From Styela clava (Eukaryota), in contig NC_135259.1 in the NCBI RefSeq assembly GCF_964204865.1, positions 16,926,001 to 16,990,000 on the forward strand: 64,000 bases of DNA, in the 5' to 3' direction. Below, in pieces: positions 28,301-42,125 of the stretch. Positions within the stretch are counted from its first letter, which is position 1. Every line of letters begins with the position of its first letter. The notes beneath the pieces were generated by a model. That model worked only from the letters and a program-made list of their open reading frames with translations, ran no database searches and was not told the origin of the DNA. The position numbers were made by a program, and so were the translations under genes.

Positions 28301-30474
28301 TCGAATTAAAATCATATTTGCGGGTAAACCGTCTGAGGACTAAAAATATTCATTCTAACTGCAGTATTTTCTACACAAATTCAGAAGTCATGCGCAGGAC
28401 ATTGGTCGGACATTTGGTTGATTTAGAAAAATTCGTTGTTATGTGATTACTTGTTCAATTGTCAGTTTTGTAAATGAAAGGAACATTGCGAACTAAATTC
28501 CCCCGTTAAAATTAGCGTCGCAAGCCGGCGTGACAGCTTAGGTTTAAACAAGCTGCGCAGTTATCACCTTCCATATGTTTGAAATCTTGCACGTCACTAT
28601 GATTAAAGATTAGGATCACTGATAAAGTATATCTTGCTTTGAAGAAAATAAAACCTAAATTCAAATTAAAATGCGCGAATTAATACTAAGACTGTTATGA
28701 ACTGCCAACTGTTAAATGTTAGTTCTCAACATTGTTCTTATCGTATTTGAAGAAAATACAACAAAATTCTGGTAAAATGGCTGATTTTTATGCACTGCAC
28801 CTGCAATAAATAATTAATTATTTTGCTGCAATCTTTTCTAGGGGTGCGTGATGCTGTCCGAATATTAGGTCCATCAGTATAGGATACATATGATCGATAT
28901 ACGACGGTTTCACTATAGCAGAAAGAATATACCCTAAATGCAAAATAATGTGTAGTTCAACGGCTGCGAGTTGCTTTAATTTTCCTAGGTAAAAGTTGGA
29001 TTTATCTGGAGCTTGTGATCAAAAATATCAAGTCGAAACTTATAAAAAAATAAAATAAATATAAGCCGAGGTTACGTGAAACAAACTATAATTCCTTGCT
29101 CTGTGCCTTCGCACAGGAGTATTCGTATGCCTGATGACTATATTCTATTTTATGCAAGAGTCTTGCTGCACACTAACACAAATGTATTTCATTAACGTTT
29201 CGCCTGACCTAGGTCGCTTATTCTCAGTCAAGCATTTTTTAACCATGACAAGAAAAGCGATATCCTGCACATAAATGGTTATAAATTGTTGAGACTTTCT
29301 CAATGAAAAGGAATTGGATTGGCGACACTGCCAGAACAATAGAAAATCCAAATTTAAAAGTCAATCAATGAATATCCCACAGTTCAGTGAGTAACAATAA
29401 AAGAGTGAAGTAAACAACTTCACCCTGTTACCCGGAAATCCGACTGCAGCGTTCGTGAAGTTCGAGTATAGGTTAGTAGGTAAATGGATAAATTAATGGG
29501 ATAATAAATTAATATATATGAAGCGGTAATTTAGCAATCTCGGAAATTCATTCCAATGTTCCAAATGTGTTAATAAAATAGGTTTATTTAGTTAACCGGT
29601 ATGTTTGATCTCAAACCAGTTTTCTACGCCAATCAGTCAACCAGACCATTCTCAAACAACTTTTCGGTAGCGACCAAAAATACAAGGGCAATTCTTGTAA
29701 CACTTTGCGTATTTTACTGTAGAACAATTTACCGAAGTGTACTGACACGGAATACTTTATCAAACTTTATTGCATGAATAGAGATTGGTATAATCGTACT
29801 TGAACTTGAATATGTTTTACCTGAATAATTTGATTAAATATTACGAAATTGAGCTTCAGAATACTTAGCAATTAGTGATATTACAATTTATATTGATATG
29901 TTACAAACTCTTGGCAGGGAAAATCGAAATGATACTTCATTGAATTCAGTCGGTTTTGATGAAATTATGAATAATGCGCCGATCGCCACATCCCCCTCAT
30001 TCAAGATTCTTAATAACGTAAATGGTTGGTGAGTTGAAAACAATCAGCCACCTGAACTTTTTCAACCGAAGCGCATGGATATATTGGAAAAGGATTTCAG
30101 TTGGCGAACACTTGGTAATAAAAGAAAAATTCTGCATGGACGACGATGGCATATACTCGCATTTAATTTATCAAATCATTTCTCAATTATCTGATTTGCT
30201 GTAGATTAGCTTAGCCAAATAAAAATGTTTGCTTGGTCAAGGATAGCTACACATGACAAATGATACCGTGATAACGCTTTTCAATGGTCTCTCATTCTAG
30301 GCTGTGGTCAAACACATTTCGACCGAAAGTCGAAACATTGAAGAACCAAACATATAAGTCACAAATACTAACATAACAATCATAACAAACCTAAAATCAT
30401 GTCATTGAAATAAAAATATAATTTTTAGGTCACGAATGCTCACCTCCCAATGCTTGTTTTACGATGAAATCCAT
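22342..30474 (-). CDS. CPLX: Complexin, 140 aa, CAAX-terminated; exons 30474-30444, 24565-24390, 23247-23115, 22424-22342
   Basis: MDFIVKQALG|GATKDLNKLMDEKKEVDPKQAEAEREQLEALEEQEAERKAKHVKVEQEREIERQRIRDK|YGLKRKDQ...EPEEE|TLLNQAEKAFGELQEKVSTATESCSIQ*. Matches the complexin N-terminus and central SNARE-binding helix; 423 nt in frame. Confidence 0.93.
22824..22990. mobile_element. hAT MITE in complexin intron 3
   Basis: TIR cagtggcgtatct/agatacgccactg; perfect TSD tttgagtg. Confidence 0.9.
24865..25147. mobile_element. HINE/DINE-like (Helentron-derived) non-autonomous element
   Basis: Matches 60584-60978; subterminal acttatcgatc inverted repeat and cagac microsatellite near one end. Confidence 0.5.
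26066..26178. mobile_element. Near-palindromic MITE
   Basis: ggtgctcctgaagtattcgaatcaagatggcg...catcttggttcaaatacttccggagcgcc; perfect TSD cattgcct; related to 44951-45186. Confidence 0.85.
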
Positions 30475-31223
30475 CTTCCTTTTTATTTTTTGCAGCTTCT
30501 GCTAAATTTTCTGTGTGAGTTTGATATTATCAACTACTTTTCAAACTTATGCTGCTGTGTCTTGAAGTTACTCCGATGTTTACTTCTGGCAAATAACGCT
30601 GAATGAACTGGAAGCCGCCGTCATAAATGGACTCGGCTTCCAGAGGCGGTCGTTGAATCAATACATATCGATTCAACGCGGAAGTATAAAGAGAATAAGA
30701 AAAAACGGGAGTGGGAAAGAGAGAGTGGGGATGAACGAACAGGCTATGTCTTATTCATGAATTTTCTGCAGCAACTGTTGTTCGAGTATTTATAGAAAAT
30801 CGATATTATTGTTTTAATCCTTCCGCGGTATTTTGATTTTGCCTCATTGCTCAAACTCATTGTCATTTATGAACAATCACGCATGTGCCATGAATAAGTG
30901 TGCATGTTGGCCTTGAGTTTCGGAATTCAATTTGGTCGCTTCACATTTATCAGTCCACACGGTGAATTGACAAATCTTTTGTTTAATTTGTTTAATAAGT
31001 ATACTTAGTGCATTTCCCAAGCATTTAACGCACAAGAATTTGTAAGTTCGATCGCTATCGAATATACCAATCTTCTATAAAACAGCAAATTAGCACAAGG
31101 TTTGTAACACCTTCGTTCACTGGCAAGGGTTATATTAGGTGTGCTGTTAGTGAGTAACCTGAATGAATTGTACATAAGATAGCACCCGATATCGCTTAAA
31201 AACGCATCAGCACACTCCCATCT

Positions 31224-31450
31224 TGGGATACGAGTACGAAGCCCCCACCACTAATGCAAATTTGAGAATAGTGAAAAACACCCCGCCACGATTTTAACAA
31301 ATCAGTAATTATCCAGTTAGAGTTAGCAATGATTTGAAAATTTCAATTTCTAGCGCAATTTGCATTCCTAACCCTAACTGGATAATTACTAATTTCACAG
31401 TCTGGGCGTTTGCCGTGTGTTCTTTGTCAGGGGCTTTGTACACGGGATCC
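31224..31450. mobile_element. Degenerate palindromic MITE
   Basis: Inverted pairs gtaattatccagttag/ctaactggataattac and gaagcccc/ggggcttt. Confidence 0.5.
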
Positions 31451-32228
31451 AAATCCTATCATCTGCTATTTTTAATATCCTATACTTAAAAGGTTTTAAT
31501 TTGAAGTCATGCTACATATTGCATGTCAAACCGATGTTTCCTATCGCATTCGACAGCACTCACAAAAGTTTAACAGTTACCACATACTTACCATTAGTTC
31601 ACCCGAACATTCCGTGGAGATAAAACTCATCTTTTGTATTTTGTTTTGTATTCATCGAACTATCAAATATACCAATCTTCTACAAAACAGCATAGTAAAA
31701 GCAAATTTGTACACGGTTTGTAACACCTTCGCACACTGACAAGAATTATATTAGGCGTGCTGTTATACCTAAAGATAGTTTCTGAAGTCAAAATAATTTA
31801 ATACAGGCGTTAATAGCAAATCCACACGTAAACAAGATTTATCGTTGCGTTTTCGAAAATTAGTGAAAATTTCAATAGTATTTGAAAACATCTGTATCGA
31901 TAACTTTAAAGATGGTGTTATTATTAAGTTCATGTCTTTGGTCACAGACCATTGTAAGGGCGCGTATGACATTCAATGGACAAAATTGAGGAAAGCATTT
32001 ATAGCTCTGACATAATCTTCATTAATATTCATGAACTTAATGGATTATCATGACAAAGCAGAAGAAATTCCTTAATCTGGCTGACATATAGGTTTGAGGT
32101 TTGCAGATGTCAGTTACTGCAACAAAATCTCAGTAATAAGCAGGTGATTAAGCGTGAATACAAATTGATAGAATCCAATCACCTATATATATCACGAGAA
32201 TTGTTGCCTCAGCAGTGGTATTGGAAAG

Positions 32229-32402
32229 GGTTCCATTAAATTTGAACCCACGACAATTGCACCTGCATACTATTGCACCTATAGATTTTTTTTACGGATA
32301 TTTGTATCCATACTAACCCTAATCCGTGGATTTTAGCACCCTCATATAAATTGAACCCACGGATATACGGGTGCAAATGCATGGGTCAAATGTACGGTCA
32401 CC
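32229..32402. mobile_element. MITE with 9-bp TSD
   Basis: ggttccattaaatttgaaccc...gggtcaaatgtacggtcacc; perfect TSD attggaaag. Confidence 0.85.
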
Positions 32403-34016
32403 ATTGGAAAGCCCAACCAACGAAAGTGTGAATAATATATTCCGCTCGCGTTAACTTTTCACAAAGTGCTTATTATAAACGGTATAATTCGTTACGCCGA
32501 GTGGGAAATATCGTAGATAATTTTTTTTTTTAAATTGTCTTAAAGTAATGCAACGCATATTGCGTAGAGGCAATTTACACAGAGTTGATTAACATTCAAA
32601 ATCGATATGTTTTCTCACAATCAATATCCAGTATCTCTTATAGCATTTTTCAATTTCATTCGATTGTCACCTCAAAAACTTGACCCTGATTGGCCTACAG
32701 ACGTAAAAATAACACATTGCATCAACAATTTCATTTCACAATCGATGACATTGCCGCACGTCCGTGTTAATATACCTACGATTTTCGCGCTGCTATCGAT
32801 TCAATTAGCTTTGATTTCTGCTATGTTCGATTAAAAAAATCGATCAAAGAAACCGAAAAACCGCAAATCAATTCAAAAATTATGTTGCTCAATCATCTTT
32901 CCTGCGATTAACTATTTGGTATACCTGTCGAATATTAGAAATTTGTTACGGTGTCGAATTTTGAAATTCTTCATCGTTTATCGAGCTATATTTGTAAATG
33001 AACGGCCACATATTTCACATATTTGTTCTACTATAGCGCAGCAGACCTAAACAGCAGTTATATCTGTTAGGCGTGCATGTCACATATCGGCGCCTTAGTT
33101 CAGTAAGGTCTTGAACATGTATCCCGTCTCTGTTATACTAATTATTATGCTGATACTGTCACGATTTTGAGGCAAATAAACAAACTGTACATAGATACAA
33201 GTCTGAGAGTGCCATGTGACTCAGTCGTGTAGCCTTTGAAAGCTAATTTTTAAACAGTTGCTTAATTTATTGCTGTAATGAATTTTTTTTATTGCTGTAA
33301 ATAAATAAAGTATGCGGGGAAGGAACAAAACCTTTTCGTCTATTTTTTCAGTAAAGGGTCGGCCAAAATGGTAAAAAAAAAGAAGTCAAAGTTTTAAATT
33401 TCAGAACTCAAAGTGTTATCTAACTGGACCGAGAAAAAAAGCATGTGTCTCAGAACAGGTTTCTCAAAAAATCATTAACAAGATTATTTCTAATTTTTTG
33501 AAAAATCGGTCCTTTTTCGGCTTCTTTATTACTAGTTCCAAAATGAAATGACTAAAATTGCTGAGTACGTTAGCAGATTTCGCACCCTATTTTTAGTCCC
33601 ACCTGCCATGAGTTAATCAAAACCACATCAAGGTTGTTTTCTCATAAAGATCGAAGATTGTTATTATATTTGACTTTATCAGCACAGATCGTTCGCCCAA
33701 ATTTTTAGACATAGTGGGTAGACGATTAGTTTTCGTTTTACCTGCCAGCCTGCCTTTTTTGAATTACTGCTATTAAATTTATTTTATGCGGTATTCTACT
33801 TATGCTGATTACTATTTGTAGAGCACCAAAGGGGCAATTTATACACAACCGAAATCAACGCAAGTAATAGAAAATATACAGAAATAATACAATGATATCT
33901 CGTTTATTAATTTAGTAAAATTTTTCTCGAAATCACCTTTACATTGAACACACACATATATATATATCGTCGTGGATCAAATGTCATATGAAGGTAGGAT
34001 AACCGAGAATCGAATA

Positions 34017-34347
34017 GCGGTGTGGCGCATAGTGCTAAGCGTTAGGAATACGCTCGCCACCGCATCTCTGATTACCCTTCGTGGGATCGCAGGTTCGAAT
34101 CCCATGCGGGGATTATCATGTGCGAGAGGATTGCTGAACTCCTCGTCGCCGTAGGGTGGTTCACGTAACCGCTGGTCGGTCACGGCTTCCTCCGTCATCA
34201 AGTCCATGCTTCTGAAAACAAATAACTGACTAACTAATCTCATACCCGACTTGGAATGGTAACCGGACGAGAGGCCGTGGTTTGCCATATGATTAAGCCG
34301 TCTTATCGGCTTTCCTCTCCCCGGGGATAAATATGTAAATCCTATCC
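34017..34347 (+). mobile_element. tRNA-derived SINE, copy A
   Basis: A-box-like tggcgcatagtgctaag, B-box ggttcgaatcc, atcct-repeat tail; high identity to copies B and C. Confidence 0.85.
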
Positions 34348-34999
34348 TAAGTGTGCTCAAGATTTTTATAAAATGAAAACAACAAAATTTGGGGTGAGAG
34401 GGAAATATTGGTACGAAAATGACAAAATGATACCAACTCATAACGACTTCTACCATTTTTTTTAAATACTAATTGTTTGAAAATGATCGTTCGAATAGTT
34501 GTGTCGAAAAACGATCTTTTCAAAAACAACGACAACGTAAACAACTCCAGTCAGAACAAACCAACAGCAAATTTATTTCAAAATATACAATTTGTTTTCC
34601 ACGTGACATCAATGAAGTGTCACAGTTTAGGTTTTGCCACTGTGTAAATAAGTCTGAAGACTCGGGATTCCGGATTGGTTGTTTATGGTACGGCAACTCT
34701 ACACTTGTAACAGAAATAACGACAGTGAACATAACTCAAAAACAGTCGACGACCAGCCTTTTCTGACGAGAAGAGAGCAAAAACTATTTTATCGCACACT
34801 TTGTGTGTGGTCGGAGTCCAGACCCGGCTAAAACTGCCTAAATCAAGGGTCTGGGAAATAGCATAAGGATAGATATAAAAAGATACTAAAACGACAAAAA
34901 TACGGACATTAAAACCTGTGACAGACACCAGAATGAATGTATTTTGTTGGAAAATGATATTTTAGATGGCATATCGTAATGGACCAGCCGATACGTGAG

Positions 35000-35135
35000 T
35001 CATGAAGCACACTGCGACGGTGAGGAGTCCAACAACTCTCTCGCACATACCGGTGTTATTCCCCCCACGGAATTCGAACCTACGGAGGGCAATCAGGTGC
35101 GAAGGAGAGCGTATTCCTAACGCGCGAATCAGCCC
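35000..35135 (-). mobile_element. Fragment of a related SINE subfamily
   Basis: Reverse strand reads gcgttaggaatacgctc...ggttcgaattcc...atgtgcgagag. Confidence 0.6.
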
Positions 35136-35658
35136 AGCCTTCTTCTCATTTATTAGTGAATATCGTCCCACACTTCACATTTTAACCACGTGATCACCTT
35201 TAAAGTTCTCCAAGCTGTTTTTTTTTCTGAACGGCACTGTTGCTTCAAGCATAAATGTTACATGAAATTGTTTGGCAGACGGCAGTGTCTCTGCCTCAAG
35301 TTATCCAGCTGGGATTGGGATTCCCCGTCTATCTGATGACCATATGGCTGATTAAAATAATTGCTAACGAATATCTATCTTTAGTAAGAGCTGCTAGGTG
35401 GAAAGTCATACTATGCTGTTGCTCATGGTTACCTCAACGTTACTTGCCGGGGGCCGGAGTCTCTTTTTTGTAACGCATTTGGTTTTTGGACCTTAATTTT
35501 TTTGATTACGTATATTTGTTCGACTTCTTTCTATTCTACCTGTATCAAAGTGAGACTTTTATCATAGGTGTCGATAACCAACATTGTTTTTTTTGCCTCT
35601 CAATTTTCATGTTTTTTACCCCTTCCTGTTTGAAGAAGTATATATTAGAATTAAATGC

Positions 35659-35990
35659 GGCGCGGCGGTGTGGCTCATCGTGCTAAGCGTTAGGAATACG
35701 CTCGCCACCGCATCTCTGATTCCCCTGCGTGGGTAAGCAGGTTCGAATCCCATGCGGGGTAGTTATGTGCGAGAGGATTGCTGGACTCCTTGCCGTCGTA
35801 GGGTGGTTCACGTGACCGCTGGTCGGTTACGTCTTCCTCCACCATCAAGTCCATGCTTCCGAAAAACAAATACCCGGAACTAATCCCATACCCGGCATGG
35901 ACTAGTAACCGGACGAGAGGCCGGGGTACGCCATATGGTTAAGCCGTGCTATCGGCTTTCCTCTTCCCCGGGATAAATATGTAAATCCTA
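35659..35990 (+). mobile_element. tRNA-derived SINE, copy B
   Basis: Same A/B boxes and tail as copy A. Confidence 0.85.
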
Positions 35991-36833
35991 TGATCTTATA
36001 ACCGTGGGTGTCACCGCTTGGGAACCAGCTTCGGTTCCCCTTCACTAGTAAAGCTGTGTTACTATCATTTTCTAATAATTTGTGCACGGCTGGTATTTTT
36101 TGTTGGTTGGAAAAGTAGACTTGACTTACCTCCTGAATATTAGAACAATGCATAAATTTCAGATTAAGCTTCCATGCGAAAATATCAATAATTAAAAATT
36201 GATATATCTAAAAATCGCCTCATGAGGAATTATCGGAGGGAAAAATATCTAAACAGAAATCAGCCGATCTGCCCAGAAACGGAGCGAAATCTGACAGACT
36301 ACGTAAATCTATATTTCTTAAACTGCTCAAAGTTAAAATCTTTCTTATTCACGCATTTTTTATTCCTGTGGGATGGATTTTGAATAACTAAAGTCTATTT
36401 ATTCTACTATAGTATCATACGATCGCGCAATTCTAATATCCCGGGAAAGTCATAATGACGCCATGAATGTTTCTGCGTACATGGGCCAAGTACGGTACGG
36501 TACCGGTAATTACTTCCATTCCCATGCACCTTTGTGATGAATGCAGTGGTTTATTACTCACAAGATTCGAACATGCAAACACACTTAGAAGCGCCTAGCA
36601 AGTCCAGAGTCCTGCAGTCTCATAACCCTAAATATTCTCAAATATCTTATAAGCATTTGTATACTTTACTATTATTTACAAACAACCACCAGGGCGAATG
36701 TCAAACAATATCATAACTCGAACCATCCTGTTGCAAGAGAAGTCTGCGACTAGAAATATGTATACCATAACGATACGAGGTACGGTACGTAGTCCGGTTT
36801 GAGTGCAGAAATTGGTTTATCTGGAGGTACAAT

Positions 36834-38316
36834 TATGGTGGCCCATCGTTGTCACGCGTAAAATTTAAAAAAAAATGAAAAAATAAAATGAAAAAGCGAA
36901 AATAAAAAAAATAGTTGTGAAAAAACATAAAAATAATTGAAAAAAAAAATTTAAAATAAAAACAAAATTAAAAATAAAACAAAAAAATTAAAAAAAAAAT
37001 TGGATAAAAAGGTTGACAACGATGGTCCGCCTCGTGGCCCATCGTTGTCACGCGTTTTTATTTTTAGAAAATTTGTCAGGCTTAATCCTACACGCACAAA
37101 TGTGTTTCCTGGGTTTCTAACTCACTACTGACTTTTATTAGCAATATCCAATAAATTCAACATGAAAATGTTCTGTAAATTCTCCATGCTACAAGTTCAA
37201 CCACAAGCAATATATTTATAATAATGATGAGAGAATATAGAATTGAATATGAAAATTTGTTTTTACGTGTAGAAGGTAATTTAATTAGAAAATGCTGCTT
37301 AACTGCTCAGTTGTCTGGACACTCGTGCGATGCCGGTACGGTACCGTCTGACCGTACCGGTACCCATGCAATCACTCATGAAAGAATGGGAGATACGGAT
37401 AGTCTCGTAGAATATAGACTACTGAAACACTCTCTGCGCCTGCCCCATACCGTACAGCCGTAACGTACCGATCCAGACAAATGATGAATCGCCCGTGCTC
37501 AACCATTTATTTCAATCCATACCTCGACTCACTATATTCTACTAGGATCGAGCTATGGATTGAAATAAATGGTTGAGCACGGGCGATTTATCATTTGTCT
37601 GGATCGGTACGTTACGGCTGTACGGTATGGGGCAGGCGGTTTCAGTAGTCTATATTCTACGAGACTATCCGTATCTCCCATTCTTTCATGAGTGATTGCA
37701 TGGCTACCGGTACGGTCAGACGCAAAGCGACTATAACCGACTACCGGTATTTGGTAAGACGGTACCGGCATCGCGAGTGTCCAGACAACTGAGTAGTTAA
37801 CCAGCATTCTCCAATTAAACTACCTTCTACACGTAAAAACAAATTTTCCGAATTTTCGTATTCAATTCTATATTCCCTTATCATTATTATAAATATATTA
37901 CTTCTTGTTGAACTTGTAGCATGGAGAATTTATAGAACATTTTCAAATTGAATATTGCTCGAGAAAATCAGTAGTGAGTTGGAAACCCAGGGAGCACATT
38001 TGTGCGCGTAGGATTATGCCTGGCAACGTTGGTCCCAAGCAGAAGCAAATTTTCTAAAAATGAAAACGCGTGACAACGATGGGCCACGAGGCGGACCATC
38101 GATGTCAACNNNNNNNNNNNNNNNNNNNNNNNNNNNNNNNNNNNNNNNNNNNNNNNNNNNNNNNNNNNNNNNNNNNNNNNNNNNNNNNNNNNNNNNNNNN
38201 NNNNNNNNNNNNNNNNNNNNNNNNNNNNNNNNNNNNNNNNNNNNNNNNNNTGTTTTTACACAACTATTTTTTTATTTTATTTTCAATTTTACGCGTGACA
38301 ACGAAGGGCCACCATA
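36834..38316. mobile_element. ~1.5-kb foldback (long inverted repeat) element
   Basis: 37013-37527 is the reverse complement of 37548-38109 with small indels; outer ends tatggtggcccatcgttgtcacgcgtaaaatt / aattttacgcgtgacaacgaagggccaccata; ~20-nt loop. Confidence 0.85.
38110..38250. other. Assembly gap (N run)
   Basis: 141 Ns, located in the arm whose mirror image is the A-rich tract 36860-37010. Confidence 0.99.
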
Positions 38317-38384
38317 TACCATTCACATAAAACAAAATTAGAAATGCCACATCAGACGAAATGCCACATCCTTGATCTTATCAT

Positions 38385-41300
38385 ATAAACTTCAGCTACA
38401 TTTTTCAGATTCTTGATTCAGTTCTTAGACATATTTTCAATTAATTCTGCTATCTTTATTTTAATATCTGGTAACAGTAAAGCAAATAATTTACAGCATT
38501 TAATCTCCGAGCAAGAATAAAAATTCTACTGTTTCATAGAACCAAGATAATTCGAATTTCATCTCACAACGCCAATGGCCATTGGCAAGTTAAGCGTCTT
38601 GACAAATAATAACCTAAAAGGCCAAATAATAGCAATAGGATAGACATATTTATCCTGGCGGGGAGGGAAGCCGATAAGATGGCCTAATCATATGACTGAC
38701 CTCTATTCCAATTACCAGTCTATGCCGGGTACTGTATGGGATTAGCCAGTTGTTTGTTTCGAAAGTCAGATTTATGGTAACATTCGAGTTACGCATCTAA
38801 GATTCTCTTGCATAAGGCACCGTAAAAATATTAATATACAAAGAACCAAGTTCAAGCAATAAAAAAGTTGTAAAATGTCTTGAATTTAAACAAGCACATT
38901 CGCACAAGTTCTGGGTTAGATGGAACATGAGATTGAACGATACATGAAAAACTGGATAGATATAACTCAATGAATGGACAAAATAATACATGAGGCAGTT
39001 ATATAAATGCATTTAAATTACAGCGTAAGCATTATTAAAGCATATGTTTAGATAAAAAAGCTCTATAAAGATAAACAAAATGCATAACAGCTTTATAAAA
39101 GCTCAGAATGTTGGTAGAAATACTATCTCATAGTTACATAGTATAAAGAAAATTGTATTGAACGTCAAAATTAAAAAGCAGTTGAACTGAAGAATATTAG
39201 GATTCATTTAAAGTTATTTATAAAAACGTAGCAAATATACAAAAAAGTAAATGCTCACTTATAAGCATAGAAAAAATGACAAACAGATAAAATTGTTAAA
39301 GTCACAGACTAGTGAAAATGTGAAATTTCAAAAGTTCAGCCACCCATCTCTACTAGTTTGTAAAGTATACAATGTAATATATATATATGACGCTTAAACA
39401 CACATTCTAAAGCCAAAGGCCCCAAGTAGCTAAAAACAGATAGCACTCTCTATTGCTTCAAATTGGTAAAATTTTCAACATTACACAAGTATTATTTTCT
39501 TTCAGTAAAATGATTTTGAAATTCCTAAATTTTTTCAAAGAAAAATTGATAGATGGCATAATTACAGCCATGAAGTTGTATGTGTTATTACCAGGGCTGG
39601 GAATTTCAGCCAAAAACACTTAAACCGTTAACCGTGTTGAATTAACCGGTTAACCGCAGCGTGACGTTTGACGTAATAATTTATAATTTTAGCTCGTTAC
39701 GTCACAATGGTTACAAAGCAATTTCGGGTGATCTTATCCCAGTATCGCTCAAAATTATTCACGAATGGAGATAGTTTCGTGATCGCTCTGCTGCAAGAGA
39801 TATGCAGCGTGCTTCGGGCATATGGAAGTATTTTAGTAAAACCCGAATCCGTTATTAAATGTCATTCGACGTGCGAATTCTATTCTAAGATATCATAAAG
39901 AAAAACGGCATCAACTGCGCACTTGTTGGATGACATTGAATATACGATTTTGCAATAAAATCGGGAACTATATATTTCGACCGAAAACTGATTCTGAATT
40001 CAACATTGTCAAATTTTCATAATCAGCAATCTTGGTACTTCAATTCTTTTTCACATTTATTGGGTCCTCACCAATACAGTTAGTGACATTCTTTTGAATT
40101 GAACACCACAGGAGATAACTTTGCGATGACGTATTCATTTTTGAAGAAATTGTACATTATAAAGATGATTTGTACCTGAGATGTCAGTTAACAGTTAAAA
40201 TAAATCGTAACCGTTAACCATCTAAAATCGGGTAACCGGTTAACCATTCCCGGCCCTAGTTATTACGTATTTTCAGATTATGCAGTCGTTAAGTTACTTG
40301 CTCTTAATACATAAATTTCATCTACGTTTATACAATTTTTCCAATTTGTGATTCAGTTCATACACATATTTTCAAATAATTTTGCTATCTTTATATTACT
40401 AAATATCTGGCAAAAGTTAAGCAAATAAAATACAGAATTTCAATTTTCGAGCAAAAATGCCAATAAAAATTCTACTATTTCATAGAACCAAGATTATTCG
40501 AATTTCATCTCACAAGTCACAACGCCAGGATGGCCAATAAAACCACTTGACAAATAATAGCCTGAAATGGTCATATATTAGAAAATGGATTAACATATTT
40601 ATCCAGGTCGATAGGAAAGCCAATATGAAGGCCTAATCATATGGCCAACCTCTTGTCCGGTTACCAGTCCATGTTGGATATGGGATTACAGTAGTTAGCC
40701 AGTTATTTGTTTTCGGAAGAATGGACTTGAATTCAAAGAATTTTAAATAATTTTCTAGATTTTTGGATACTATAAATCAAATAACTATTTCTAAGAGAAA
40801 TCTCCATTATAGAACAATTAAGTGGACATTGAATAGAAAATTAAAATTTACCAAAATTTACCTTTAGTCGATTTGGAGATGAAAAATTCAAGAAGAAGCA
40901 AAAAAATAAAAGTAAAAGTCATAAGAAGCAAATAATAAAAAATTGGTCAAGTCTATTACTAAAAAAAGTATTTTCGCATAAACACACACTAATCAAAGAA
41001 ACTGATTTGGAACATAGTGCTCGGGTTATAAACTTCAGGCAAATGCTTGGGGCAGCCTCGAAAGTCTGATTCATGGTAACATTCAAGCTACACATCTAAG
41101 ATTCTCTTGCACCATAGAAATATCAACATACAAAGAACCAGGTTCAAGTAATAAAAAAAGTTATAAATTTAAACAAGCACATTCGCATAAGTTCCAGGTT
41201 AGATGAAATGTGAGAATGAACGATACATGAAAAAATGAATAGAAATTAACGTAATGAATGGAAGAAGTAATACAACATGAAGTCCTAAAAAATGCATTTA

Positions 41301-42125
41301 AATTACAGCGTAAGCATTATTGAAGCATATGTTTAGATAAAAAAGCTCTATAAAGATAAAAAATGCATAACAGCTTTATAAAAGCTCAGAATGTTGGTAG
41401 AAATACTATCTCATAGTATAAAGAAAATTGTATTGAACGTTAAAAATGAAAAGCAGTGGAACTGAGGAATATTAAGATTCACTTTAAGTTATTTATAAGA
41501 ACGTAGCATGTGTACAAAAAAGTAAATGCTCACTTATAAGCATAGAGAAAATGGCAAACAGACAAAATTGTTAAAGTCACAGACTTAAAGTTAGCAACCG
41601 TAAAACCACTTCAATTTAGTTGGATTGTTAATATTGTATATTTGCTTTTCATAAAAATCTTTATTTCTATAAACTGGTAGGTGGCATTATGATGGCTACT
41701 TTCATGTAGCAAATGATTTATCAACATTACAGCATTTTGCAAAACAGCACTTTCATTGAGAAACAAGAAGACTGTGGATGAATAAACAAGTTGGCTTAGC
41801 CAAATTATAATTAAAAAATTGTTATACAAAGTAAAAAATAACCAATCAAAGTGAAAATGTGAAAGTACAGCCACCCATTTATTGTAGTTCATGAAGTATA
41901 CAATATATATATGTGAAAATTCGAAATTAGGACAATCAGTCACAGATTCAGAAGTTAATGGTCATAAATCAGTAAAAAAGATAGGACTGTTCATTTCTTC
42001 ACATTGGTAAAAATTTTATTAAAGGCATATTATTATTTTCATTAAAATAATTTCAAAATTTCTGAAGATTATCAAAGAAAAATCTATAGATGGCATAATC
42101 ACAGCCATTAAATCGTATTTGTTAC
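38385..42125. repeat. Diverged direct duplication of the kinase gene 3' flank (~38385-39590 vs ~40315-42125)
   Basis: Collinear shared blocks, e.g. catagaaccaagat, catctaagattctcttgca, aagctcagaatgttggtagaaatactatctcatag, tagatggcataat. Confidence 0.8.
39592..40258 (+). mobile_element. Non-autonomous hAT element with possible BED-finger remnant
   Basis: TIR cagggctgggaat/attcccggcccta; perfect TSD gttattac; internal remnant SGIWKYF. Confidence 0.85.

Noticed and set aside
34017-34110. tRNA genes at the SINE heads
   Set aside because: A/B boxes continue into a shared 250-bp body, with no clear cloverleaf or poly-T terminator.
33972-36153. 60-159-aa ORFs in this region, and those at 44293-44603, 50054-50482 and 53535-54035
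   Set aside because: They overlap SINEs or MITEs and have no domain motifs or splice support.
36834-37060. CRISPR-like or other prokaryotic repeat array
   Set aside because: Repeats are inverted and irregular within a eukaryotic foldback; no cas genes or operon-like organisation in the window.
37519-37536. T7 promoter-like cgactcactata in the foldback loop
   Set aside because: Only a partial match and no vector context; chance.
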